Source: Gemmatimonadota bacterium (GTDB taxonomy: Bacteria; Gemmatimonadota; Gemmatimonadetes; Longimicrobiales; Longimicrobiaceae). From it: a DNA stretch of 64,000 bases. The stretch is from the NCBI GenBank assembly GCA_040905505.1, contig JBBDRL010000109.1, forward strand, positions 4,509 through 68,508. Reading direction: 5' to 3'. The notes under the pieces were generated by a model that worked only from the letters and a program-made list of their open reading frames with translations, was not told the DNA's origin and did no database searches. Position 1 is the first letter of the stretch. Each line of letters opens with the position of its first letter. Below are positions 55,778 to 64,000 of the stretch, one piece after another. Made by a program: the position numbers and the translations under genes.

Positions 55778-57513
55778 TTCACACCCATACCTTCGACGCC
55801 CTGGTGGTGGGTGGGGGCGGAGCCGGCATGATGTCGGCCATCTACCTCGCTCAGAACAGTGGGGTCCGCACCGCGGTCATTTCGAAGCTGTATCCGACGC
55901 GCTCGCATACGGGCGCCGCGCAGGGGGGCATCGGGGCCGCGCTCGGTAATCTCGAGGAGGATAGTCCCGAATGGCACGCGTTCGACACCGTAAAGGGTTC
56001 TGACTACCTGGGCGATCAGGATGCCATCGAGCTCATGTGCCGCGAGGCCGTCGACGTGGTCGTCGAACTGGAGCACATGGGGCTGCCATTCTCTCGTACG
56101 CCCGAGGGGAAGATCGCACAGCGCCCTTTCGGCGGGCACACTCACCACCATGGGCAGGGCCCCGTCAGGCGGTCCTGCTACTCCGCCGACCGGACCGGCC
56201 ACATGATCCTGCAAACTCTCTATCAGAACTGCATCAAGAGCGGCGTGGAGTTCTTCGATGAGTTTCAGGTGGTCGATCTCATGGTCGAAGAGGGGCGTTG
56301 TGCAGGGGTGGTCGCGTACGAGGTTGCCACAGGTGACCTGCACATCTTCCGCGCCAAAGCCGTCAACTTCGCGACCGGTGGATTCGGACGGATCTTCTCG
56401 ATCACGTCCAACGCGCACGCCAACACCGGCGACGGCCCGGCCGTCGCCCTTCGGCGAGGGATCCCCTTGGAGGACATGGAATTCTTCCAGTTCCATCCGA
56501 CTGGCATCTACAAGATGGGGATCCTCATCACCGAAGGCGTACGCGGCGAGGGCGGGGTGCTCCGGAACGACCACGGGGAGCGTTTCATGGAACGCTACGC
56601 GCCGACCATGAAGGACCTCGCCTCGCGAGACGTAGTGTCGCGCGCCATCTACAAGGAAATGCGGGAGGGCAGGGGGATCAACGGGAAGCGCTACGTCTAT
56701 CTCGATGCCACCCACCTGGGCGCGGATGTGATCGAGAAGAAGTTGCCCGACATCGCCGATTTCTGTCGCACCTATCTCGGCGTCGATCCGGTGCGTGAGC
56801 CGATGCCGATTCAGCCCACGGCCCACTACGCAATGGGTGGAATCCCCACCGATGCGGACGGGCGGGTCATCATCGACGATCAGAACACCGTCCTGCCAGG
56901 CCTCTATGCGGCTGGTGAGACCGCCTGCGTCTCCGTTCACGGCGCGAACCGGCTGGGAACGAACTCGCTGCTCGACCTCGTCGTCTTCGGCCGCCGTTCC
57001 GGTCTGGACATGGCGCGCTTCTGCCAGGAGAATGAGCTGGCGCCGATTCCCGGTGACCCGACCGCTGAGATCAGCACGGAGATCGAGCGAGTTCTCACCG
57101 CGACCGACGGCGAGCCACCCGCGCGCCTGCGTGAGGAGCTTCAGGACACCATGATGGACAATGTCGGCGTCTTCCGCGAGGAGACCGCGATGCAGGAGGC
57201 CGTCGACAAGGTGAAGGAGCTGAAGGAGCGGTATGCGCGGGTCCTGGTGATGGACAAGGGCCGCCGCTTCAATACGGATCTTCTCGAAGCATGGGAGCTC
57301 AAGAACCTCCTGGACCTGGCGGAGGTGACCGCGGCCAGTGCAATCAACCGCAAGGAGAGCCGTGGGGCCCATTCGCGCGAGGATTACCCGGAGCGCAATG
57401 ACGAGGAATGGCTGAAGCACACCCTCGCCTCCTACGACGCGACCGGGCAGGTGCAGATCAGCTATAAGCCCGTCACCATAACGAAGTTCGAACCGAAGGA
57501 GAGGGTTTACTGA
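55774..57513 (+). CDS. sdhA: Succinate dehydrogenase flavoprotein subunit
   Basis: In-frame ATG 55774. The protein has DALVVGGGGAGMM, RSHTGAAQGG (covalent FAD His) and HGANRLGTNSLLD. Confidence 0.95.
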   Translation: MIHTHTFDALVVGGGGAGMMSAIYLAQNSGVRTAVISKLYPTRSHTGAAQGGIGAALGNLEEDSPEWHAFDTVKGSDYLGDQDAIELMCREAVDVVVELEHMGLPFSRTPEGKIAQRPFGGHTHHHGQGPVRRSCYSADRTGHMILQTLYQNCIKSGVEFFDEFQVVDLMVEEGRCAGVVAYEVATGDLHIFRAKAVNFATGGFGRIFSITSNAHANTGDGPAVALRRGIPLEDMEFFQFHPTGIYKMGILITEGVRGEGGVLRNDHGERFMERYAPTMKDLASRDVVSRAIYKEMREGRGINGKRYVYLDATHLGADVIEKKLPDIADFCRTYLGVDPVREPMPIQPTAHYAMGGIPTDADGRVIIDDQNTVLPGLYAAGETACVSVHGANRLGTNSLLDLVVFGRRSGLDMARFCQENELAPIPGDPTAEISTEIERVLTATDGEPPARLREELQDTMMDNVGVFREETAMQEAVDKVKELKERYARVLVMDKGRRFNTDLLEAWELKNLLDLAEVTAASAINRKESRGAHSREDYPERNDEEWLKHTLASYDATGQVQISYKPVTITKFEPKERVY

Positions 57514-58217
57514 TGCCGATGGTGACGCTGCGCGTGCAGCGCTTCAATCCCGATACGGACTCCAAGCCCGCCTACCGGGAATACAAGGTCGACGTCGAAC
57601 CGACCGACCGCGTTCTGGACGCGCTCAATTCCATCAAGTGGTATCAGGACGGGAGCCTCACCTACCGCAGGTCGTGCGCTCATGGGGTCTGCGGTTCGGA
57701 CGCTATGCGGATCAACGGGGCCAACCGCCTCGCCTGTAAGGTCCTCATGCGTGACGTCGGTCAGAAGGTGACGATCGAGCCGCTGATGGGATTCAGCGTC
57801 ATCAAGGATCTCGTCGTCGACATGGACCGCTTCTTCGCGCAGTTCCGCGCGGTCCTGCCGTACCTGATCAACGATGAATCGCCCCCGCAGCGCGAGCGCC
57901 TGCAGTCGGTCGACGACCGGGAGGCCTTCGACGACACGACGAAGTGCATCCTGTGCGCGGCCTGCACCACCGCCTGCCCCTCCTTCTGGGCCGACGAGGA
58001 CTTCGTCGGCCCCGCGGCGATCGTCAATGCGCATCGCTTCATTTTCGACTCTCGCGACAAGGCCGGGCCCGAAAGGCTCAGTATATTGAACGACCGGGAG
58101 GGCGTCTGGCGCTGCCGGACGATCTTCAATTGCACCGAGGCATGTCCCCGTGAGATCAAGATCACGAAGGCGATCGGTGAGGTGAAGAAGGCGATATTGT
58201 ACGGGGGTTCGGCCTGA
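57513..58217 (+). CDS. sdhB: Succinate dehydrogenase iron-sulfur subunit
   Basis: 234 aa with the Cys clusters CAHGVCGSDAMRING..C, CILCAACTTACP and CTEACP. Confidence 0.95.
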   Translation: MPMVTLRVQRFNPDTDSKPAYREYKVDVEPTDRVLDALNSIKWYQDGSLTYRRSCAHGVCGSDAMRINGANRLACKVLMRDVGQKVTIEPLMGFSVIKDLVVDMDRFFAQFRAVLPYLINDESPPQRERLQSVDDREAFDDTTKCILCAACTTACPSFWADEDFVGPAAIVNAHRFIFDSRDKAGPERLSILNDREGVWRCRTIFNCTEACPREIKITKAIGEVKKAILYGGSA

Positions 58218-58311
58218 AGGCTCCGCACGACGCCGCTTCCAGAAGCTTCAGACCGCTCGACGCGCTCGAGCGATTCCCGCCATACAACCCGCAGTCCATC
58301 TCCTGATTCCG

Positions 58312-60369
58312 ATGGCCCCATCGCTCGAAGACGCACGCGAAGCTCTGAAACGCCATTGGGGCTTCGAGAAATTTCGCTCGGGGCAGGAAGACGTTGTGCG
58401 ATCGGTCCTGAGCGGGACCGACACGGTCATCGTCATGCCTACGGGCGGTGGAAAGTCCATCTGTTATCAGGTGCCGGCCGTGCTGCTCGAGGGAACGACG
58501 ATCGTCGTCTCGCCTCTCATCTCCCTGATGAAGGATCAGGTCGATCGGCTCCAGCAGCAGGGGGTTCCGGCGTTGCTGGTGAACTCGAGCCTCGGGAGCT
58601 CGGAGCTTGCGGACTCATTGGCGTCGGTGGATGCCGGAGAGGTGAAGCTCCTCTACGTCGCCCCAGAGCGCTTCGATAACGCCGCCTTTCTCGAGCGCGC
58701 GGCCCGCTGGAACGTTTCCCTCCTCGCCGTCGACGAGGCACACTGCGTTTCTCAATGGGGTCACGACTTCCGGCCAGCATACCTCCGGATTGGGGGCGTG
58801 AGGCCGCTACTCGGCAACCCTCCGATCGCCGCTCTGACGGCAACCGCGACGCCCGAAGTCCGTCGTGACATCGAGAAGCAGCTCGCGCTTCGCTCCCCCA
58901 TCTCATTCGTCACCGGATTCGATCGCCGTAACCTGACCTGGCGCGTGGGACGCGTGAAGAACGACTCCGAAAAGGATCGGCTGCTGCTCAGGTTGCTGCG
59001 CGCTGAGGAGGGCGCCAGCATCGTCTACGCCGCGACCCGCAAGAACGTCGACGCCCTGACGGGCCTCCTTCAGGGCGTCGGTCTCCCGGCCGTCGGCTAT
59101 CACGCCGGGCTTCCCGATGCGGAGCGGAAGTCGCTCCAGGACGCCTTCATGGGGAGCGCGGCTCGCGTCGTAGTCGCGACGAACGCCTTTGGGATGGGGA
59201 TCGACAAGCCCGACGTCCGCTTGGTCGTCCACTACGACATGCCCGGCAGCCTCGAGGCCTACTACCAGGAGGGCGGCAGGGCGGGGCGCGACGGACACAC
59301 GGCGGAATGCGTTCTCCTCCACGCCTACAAGGACCGGTTCACCCACGAGTTCTTCATCGAGCAGACGCATCCGCCGCGAAAGGTCATCGAGGAGGCATTG
59401 AAAGAGCTGCGCTCGCGCGCCGATGGATCGGGTGTTGTGACCAGCTCGCCCGCAGAAGTCGGGCGCGCCATCACCGCCGGCAAGGGAGATCGGCAGGTCT
59501 ACTCCGCGCTGCGCATACTCGAGGAGCGTGGATTCATCGCAGGGAGCCGATCTTCGGTCGGTGATACAATCGGGATCATGCGGCTGGTGGCGTCCCCGCG
59601 GCGAATTCGCGAGGAGCTGTCGTCGCCGGGCGATTCCGAAGCGCTGCGTTTCCTCCGGCGGCTCTGGAAGCTGGCTGGAGGTGAGGTCATCCACCGCGGC
59701 GTCAGCCTGCCACCCCGTGAGGTCCACAGAGCCGGCGGCGGCTATGGCCGCGCGCGCGAGCTCCTCTCGACGCTTCAGGCAAATGGCTTCATCGAATGGT
59801 CGGAGCGGGTCGCGGAGGGTATGGTCGTCCTCGATCGACAGACGCCTCTGAGCCGCCTTCCCATCGATTGGCGCGCCCTGGAGCGTCGCAAACGCAATGA
59901 CCTCCAGAAGCTGCAGCAGATGCAGGGCTACGTCTACACCGAAGGCTGCCGACGCGCCTTCGTCCTGCGTTACTTCGGCGAACAGGGCGTGAGTGGTCAG
60001 TGTGGCGCCTGCGACACCTGCCGCGGTGAAGTCCTCGAGGGCGCCGAGCCCCACGGCGCTTCGCGCTCGAAGGCTCGTCGCGGAAGTGCGAAGGCCTCGA
60101 CGTCCTCCACGGGCGAACTCAAGTCACCGCCCAACCCGCAGCTCCTCGCCACCCTCAAGGACCTTCGCTCCCGGCTCGCCCGCGATTCGGCCCTCCCAGC
60201 CTATTGCGTCTTCAACGACCGCACGCTCAACGAGATCGCCGCCCGCAAGCCGACCTCCGAGGCGGAATTACTCGCCATCAAGGGCGTCGGACCCGCGAAG
60301 CTGGACAAGTACGGCTCCGATTTCCTGACCCTTCTTCGGCAGCATATCGGCGCGACCGTTCCCTCCTGA
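58312..60369 (+). CDS. recQ: ATP-dependent DNA helicase RecQ (helicase, RQC, HRDC)
   Basis: 685 aa with PTGGGKS, DEAHC, the zinc-finger cysteines ([19 protein letters not shown]) and a C-terminal HRDC ([13 protein letters not shown]). Confidence 0.95.
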   Translation: MAPSLEDAREALKRHWGFEKFRSGQEDVVRSVLSGTDTVIVMPTGGGKSICYQVPAVLLEGTTIVVSPLISLMKDQVDRLQQQGVPALLVNSSLGSSELADSLASVDAGEVKLLYVAPERFDNAAFLERAARWNVSLLAVDEAHCVSQWGHDFRPAYLRIGGVRPLLGNPPIAALTATATPEVRRDIEKQLALRSPISFVTGFDRRNLTWRVGRVKNDSEKDRLLLRLLRAEEGASIVYAATRKNVDALTGLLQGVGLPAVGYHAGLPDAERKSLQDAFMGSAARVVVATNAFGMGIDKPDVRLVVHYDMPGSLEAYYQEGGRAGRDGHTAECVLLHAYKDRFTHEFFIEQTHPPRKVIEEALKELRSRADGSGVVTSSPAEVGRAITAGKGDRQVYSALRILEERGFIAGSRSSVGDTIGIMRLVASPRRIREELSSPGDSEALRFLRRLWKLAGGEVIHRGVSLPPREVHRAGGGYGRARELLSTLQANGFIEWSERVAEGMVVLDRQTPLSRLPIDWRALERRKRNDLQKLQQMQGYVYTEGCRRAFVLRYFGEQGVSGQCGACDTCRGEVLEGAEPHGASRSKARRGSAKASTSSTGELKSPPNPQLLATLKDLRSRLARDSALPAYCVFNDRTLNEIAARKPTSEAELLAIKGVGPAKLDKYGSDFLTLLRQHIGATVPS

Positions 60370-60499
60370 GGCGACTCCACCGCGACCCCTGCGCCGAACC
60401 CGCTCGCCCGAGTTCCCTTTCCGGCCCGCTACACCGACGGTAGGTTTTGTGCAGGAGCGGGCCGCTAGCGCGTCACCCGTTCTCCTGCATATCCCGATC

Positions 60500-61720
60500 A
60501 TGGACCGGCTTTTCGACGAGAACCATCTGATGATCCGCGACATGGTCCGCGATTTCGCCCGGAACGAGATCGCCCCTGTCGCGGCGGAGCTGGACAGAAC
60601 CGGGGAATTCCCCTGGGAGAACGTCAAGAAGATGGCCGAGCTCGGGCTGCTCGGCATGCCGTGGGACGAAGCCCTCGGCGGCGCGGGGATGGACACGGTC
60701 AGCTATGTCCTTACCATTCATGAGGTCGCCAAGGTCGACGCGTCGCACGCCATTACCATCTCGGCCCACACGACGCTCGGCACCTCGCCGATCGTCGCGT
60801 TCGGGACCGAGGAGCAGCGAGAGCGGTTCGTTCCGCTCCTCGCCGCCGGCCAGGTCCTCGGCGGATTCGGGCTCACCGAGCCGGGCGCTGGATCGGATGC
60901 CGCCGGGACCCAGACGACCGCGGTACGGACCGATGGCGGCTGGGTGCTCAACGGCAGCAAGATCTTCATCACGCACGGCGGCGTTGGTGAGATCTTCGTC
61001 GTGACGGCGGTTACCGATCCCGATAAGGGCTCGCGGGGAATCACCGGCTTCATCGTCACCAAGCCGACGACCGATCTCGACCGGGCTCGCGAGCTCGGCG
61101 TCGGGCACTCGGACGAGCTCGAGTTCATCGCCGGTGTCCGAGCGGGGAAGAAAGAAGACAAGATGGGCTGGCGCGCGTCGGATACGCGCGAGCTGGTGCT
61201 CGAGGATGCCTTCGTACCCGACGCCAACGTTCTCGGGTCGCTCGGCGACGGCTTCATCAACTTCCTCGAGACCCTCGATTCAGGGCGTATCGGTATGGCC
61301 GCCCTCTCGCTGGGAATCGCCGAAGGTGCGTTCCAGCAGGCGCTGGCGTACGCGCAGGAACGCCGGCAGTTCGGCCGCCCGATCGGTGAGTTCCAGGCGA
61401 TCCAGTTCATGCTCGCCGATATGGCGACCGAAATCGAAGCTGCCCGGCACCTCGTGTACAATGCCGCGATCCTGAAGGAGAACGGTCGACCCTTTACGCG
61501 AGAGGCTTCCATGGCGAAACTCTTCGCGTCCGAGCTGGCCATGCGCACGACGACGAAGGCCGTCCAGATCCATGGCGGCTATGGATACACGAAGGAATAC
61601 CCAGTTGAACGGATGATGAGAGACGCGAAAATCTGCGAGATCGGCGAGGGTACCAGCGAGATCCAGCGCCTGGTGATCGCCCGCGGCCTGCTGACGCAGC
61701 TCGAGGGGGCCCATCGGTGA
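60500..61720 (+). CDS. Acyl-CoA dehydrogenase
   Basis: ATG 60500 ([14 protein letters not shown]...). The protein has [10 protein letters not shown], the QIHGGYGY motif and the catalytic [10 protein letters not shown]. Confidence 0.9.
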   Translation: MDRLFDENHLMIRDMVRDFARNEIAPVAAELDRTGEFPWENVKKMAELGLLGMPWDEALGGAGMDTVSYVLTIHEVAKVDASHAITISAHTTLGTSPIVAFGTEEQRERFVPLLAAGQVLGGFGLTEPGAGSDAAGTQTTAVRTDGGWVLNGSKIFITHGGVGEIFVVTAVTDPDKGSRGITGFIVTKPTTDLDRARELGVGHSDELEFIAGVRAGKKEDKMGWRASDTRELVLEDAFVPDANVLGSLGDGFINFLETLDSGRIGMAALSLGIAEGAFQQALAYAQERRQFGRPIGEFQAIQFMLADMATEIEAARHLVYNAAILKENGRPFTREASMAKLFASELAMRTTTKAVQIHGGYGYTKEYPVERMMRDAKICEIGEGTSEIQRLVIARGLLTQLEGAHR

Positions 61721-61784
61721 AGAACCTGGATCCGGCTCCCGTCGAGAAGTCGTTCGCAAGGGTCAGAGGCAGGGGGGTGCGGCG

Positions 61785-63341
61785 GTGAAGCGCGAGATAC
61801 TCATGAACACCACCGCCAACGAGACGCGCGTCGCCATCCTCGAGGACGGCGACCTCGTCGAGCTCATGGTCGAGCGCCCCGATTCGAACCGCCTCGTCGG
61901 CGATATCTACCTCGGTCGCGTCGAGGCGGTGCTTCCAGGCATCCAAGCGGCCTTCGTCGATATCGGTACCGAGAAGGCCGCCTTCCTCCACGTCTCGGAC
62001 GTCGCGAGCGAATCGGATGACGATGCCGACGACGACGCCGACGACGACACCGCCGCCGACGGTGATAATGGTGGTTCCCGCCGCCGCAGCCGCCGGTACC
62101 CGCCCATCCAGGACCTCGTTCAGAAAGGCGAGACGCTGCTGGTTCAGGTCTCGAAGGAGCCGATCGGCACGAAGGGACCTCGCGTCACCGCCCAGATCTC
62201 ATTACCCGGCCGTTTCCTCGTTTACATGCCGCAGTCGGATCACGTCGGCGTGTCGCGGAAGATCGAGGACCGCGAGGAACGCGCTCGACTTCGTGCGCTC
62301 GCCCGTGAGATCCTGCCCGCCAAGGCCGGGGGGGTCATCGTCCGAACGGTGGGAGAGGAACTCACCCGGGAGACCTTCGAGAGAGAGCTCAAGTCACTCC
62401 TGGGCACCTGGAAACAGATTCAACGTCGCTCCAGCCGCGCCCGCGCGCCTGCGCCGATTCATCGGGAGGCCAAGCTCACGAAAGGGATCATCCGCGATCT
62501 CTTCTCGGGCAAGGTCGACTCGCTCATCATCGATAGCCGCCCCGTCTTCGAGGAGGTGCAGCAGTACCTCCAGCAGGTAGATCCGTCGCTGAACGAGCGC
62601 GTCCACCTCTTCGACGAGCCTTTGGCGCTCTTCGACAAGTATGAGATCGAGGGGGAGATCCACGAGGCCTTCCAGCGAAGGGTCGCCCTCGCCTCCGGTG
62701 GCTACATCATCATCGAGCCCACCGAGGCTCTCGTCTCCATCGACGTCAACACCGGCAGGTACACCGGAAAGAAGGACCCCGAAAAGACGATCCTCAAGAC
62801 GAATGTCGATGCCGCCCGGGAAATCGCCCGCCAACTCAGACTCCGCGATATCGGCGGCATCATCGTCTGCGACTTCATCGATATGGAGTCGAAGCAGAAC
62901 CGTGAGCGAGTCCTCCAGGAGCTGAGGACCTACCTCTCCCGCGACCGGGCCCGGACGAAGGCCTTTCAGGTCTCCGATCTCGGCCTGATAGAAATGACCC
63001 GCCAGCGGGTTCGGCCCTCACTCCATCAATCGCAAACCCGCGCCTGTCCCTGCTGCTCCGGGTCCGGCCGCATCTTCACGCCCGAGACCGTCGTCCGCCG
63101 AATTCAGCGCGCCCTGCGCCGCATCACCACCGAGAGGCGCGAGAAGTCCATCGAAATCCGCGTTCATCCCGAGATCGCGCTGTACATCATCGAGGAAGAG
63201 CCCGGCTTTCTTCGGAACCTGGAGAAGGAGAGCCGGTTGAAGCTCAACCTTCGGGACGACCCGCTCATGCTCCAGGACGAGTTCAGACTCCTCGCCGGGC
63301 CCGGACGGCAGGACGTGACGCAACGCTTCGCCCTGGGATGA
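61785..63341 (+). CDS. rng: Ribonuclease G/E-family endoribonuclease (Rne/Rng)
   Basis: 518 aa with an S1 domain (GDIYLGRVEAVLPGIQAAFVDIG), the DNase I-like ALVSIDVNTG, and the Zn-link CPCCSGSG. Confidence 0.9.
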   Translation: MKREILMNTTANETRVAILEDGDLVELMVERPDSNRLVGDIYLGRVEAVLPGIQAAFVDIGTEKAAFLHVSDVASESDDDADDDADDDTAADGDNGGSRRRSRRYPPIQDLVQKGETLLVQVSKEPIGTKGPRVTAQISLPGRFLVYMPQSDHVGVSRKIEDREERARLRALAREILPAKAGGVIVRTVGEELTRETFERELKSLLGTWKQIQRRSSRARAPAPIHREAKLTKGIIRDLFSGKVDSLIIDSRPVFEEVQQYLQQVDPSLNERVHLFDEPLALFDKYEIEGEIHEAFQRRVALASGGYIIIEPTEALVSIDVNTGRYTGKKDPEKTILKTNVDAAREIARQLRLRDIGGIIVCDFIDMESKQNRERVLQELRTYLSRDRARTKAFQVSDLGLIEMTRQRVRPSLHQSQTRACPCCSGSGRIFTPETVVRRIQRALRRITTERREKSIEIRVHPEIALYIIEEEPGFLRNLEKESRLKLNLRDDPLMLQDEFRLLAGPGRQDVTQRFALG

Positions 63342-63552
63342 GCCGAGTCGCTCGGTCGCTCCCGCTCCCGTGAGGACGCCCGGGTTGATGCATGTGAGGG
63401 CCTGCGCCTCGCCCACGAGCACTGCGGTTCCGTCCTTGGGCCTCATCCCCCTACGGCTCCTGCCATGCTATTGACATAAGGCAGCGAACGGACCATTCTT
63501 ACTGCTTGCATTATTTCAGGAAAGTGACCGCATCTACTGACGAAGTCGATCT

Positions 63553-63867
63553 ATGTACGCGATATTCCGCACCGGTGGAAAGCAATTCCGCGCCGAGCCC
63601 GGCGCCACGCTTCGGATCCCCAGCCTGACGGCTGAGCCGGGCGACTCGATCACCTTCGACGAGGTGCTCTTCGGAGGCGACGACGGCGATCTGAAGGTCG
63701 GGGCGCCGCTGGTGAGCGGCGCGGCGATCAAGGCGGAAGTCGTGAAGCACGGCAAGGGCGAGAAGATCATCATCTTCAAGCATAAGCGCCGTAAGAATTA
63801 TCGCAGGAAGATGGGCCATCGGCAGAAGTACACTGAGGTCCGCGTCAGCGATATCAATCTGGGCTGA
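63553..63867 (+). CDS. rplU: 50S ribosomal protein L21
   Basis: MYAIFRTGGKQFRAEPG...IIIFKHKRRKNYRRKMGHRQ. Confidence 0.95.
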   Translation: MYAIFRTGGKQFRAEPGATLRIPSLTAEPGDSITFDEVLFGGDDGDLKVGAPLVSGAAIKAEVVKHGKGEKIIIFKHKRRKNYRRKMGHRQKYTEVRVSDINLG

Positions 63868-63879
63868 GGAGGGAATCCC

Positions 63880-64000
63880 ATGGCACATAAGAAAGGCGGC
63901 GGCTCGACCCGGAACGGGCGCGATTCGAACGCGCAGCGCCTGGGTGTGAAGAAGTTTGGCGGCGAGCGCGTTCGGGCCGGAAACATCATCATGCGTCAGC
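63880..64000 (+). CDS. rpmA: 50S ribosomal protein L27 (5-prime part, truncated by the window end)
   Basis: ATG 63880 follows GAGGAGGG and begins [29 protein letters not shown]. Confidence 0.9.
   Translation, partial: MAHKKGGGSTRNGRDSNAQRLGVKKFGGERVRAGNIIMRQ

Noticed and set aside
62007-62099. Acidic then basic low-complexity segment (SESDDDADDDADDDTAADGDNGGSRRRSRRY) in RNase G, encoded by GAC/GAT/GCC trinucleotide repeats.
   Set aside because: RNase E/G proteins have a variable loop at this position of the S1 and 5-prime-sensor region. The composition is unusual but there is no evidence of a distinct function.
63342-63552. Possible ribosomal-protein leader or promoter upstream of rplU (TTGACA at 63470-63475).
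   Set aside because: The best -10 at 17-nt spacing is only CATTCT, and I see no recognisable L21-leader structure. It is too weak to list as a feature.
1-64000. Search for CRISPR arrays, rRNA or tRNA genes, transposases, integrases, phage genes, and toxin-antitoxin or defence islands.
   Set aside because: None seen. There are no regularly spaced repeats beyond the heptamer elements, no recombinase-like ORFs, and gene content is housekeeping throughout.

Overview
High-GC (about two-thirds G+C by eye), densely coding bacterial chromosomal segment. I call about 60 protein genes. I found no rRNA, tRNA, CRISPR array, transposase, integrase or phage gene. The protein sequences look like a Gemmatimonadota-like or similar soil or sediment lineage, but that is a weak inference. 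Gene blocks from left to right: cell-wall amidase, an Nramp-fold transporter, an M14 carboxypeptidase, an ABC-F ATPase, a split Na/Pi-cotransporter and PhoU-like pair, and an AI-2E permease. Next come a GAF histidine kinase with a CheY-like regulator, three small hypothetical proteins, a luciferase-like oxidoreductase with MarR, DsbA/FrnE, SugE and an HmuY-like protein. A sigma-54 two-component pair lies divergent from a DUF4168 gene. It is followed by an NHL-repeat protein, a copper operon (cupredoxin, copA, csoR), DUF2071 and a CNNM/CorC protein. A sulfite-assimilation and siroheme operon follows (cysI, cysH, cobA-hemD, cbiX-DR2241), then an M20 amidohydrolase and cstA. After that come an L,D-transpeptidase, a nucleotidyltransferase and PBP2. 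The right part holds a 2-oxoacid dehydrogenase E1a/E1b/E2 set with lipB, then rnhA, carA, HU/IHF, moaD-moaE-moaA, trmL, mdh, sdhCDAB, recQ, an acyl-CoA dehydrogenase, RNase G, rplU and rpmA. This is mostly ordinary core genome. I did not find a convincing new multi-gene system, and the most interesting signals are non-coding. (1) A structured leader of about 270 nt sits upstream of the sulfite reductase operon. It has a promoter, tandem direct repeats, a Cys/Met-rich 23-codon mini-ORF and two tandem intrinsic terminators. (2) A c-di-GMP-I-like aptamer core plus terminator lies upstream of a small ORF at the left end. (3) A heptanucleotide (GCTGATA-type) repeat family occurs at two loci, and one locus forms an 84-nt palindrome between mdh and sdhC. 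(4) An AT-rich inverted repeat bridges the moaA stop and the trmL start. (5) A 19-bp-arm palindrome and a TGGCAC-like motif lie in the divergent sigma-54 regulatory region. (6) A perfect double CsoR-type operator overlaps the copper promoter. All coordinates were hand-counted from the printed sequence, and no database search or folding program was available.
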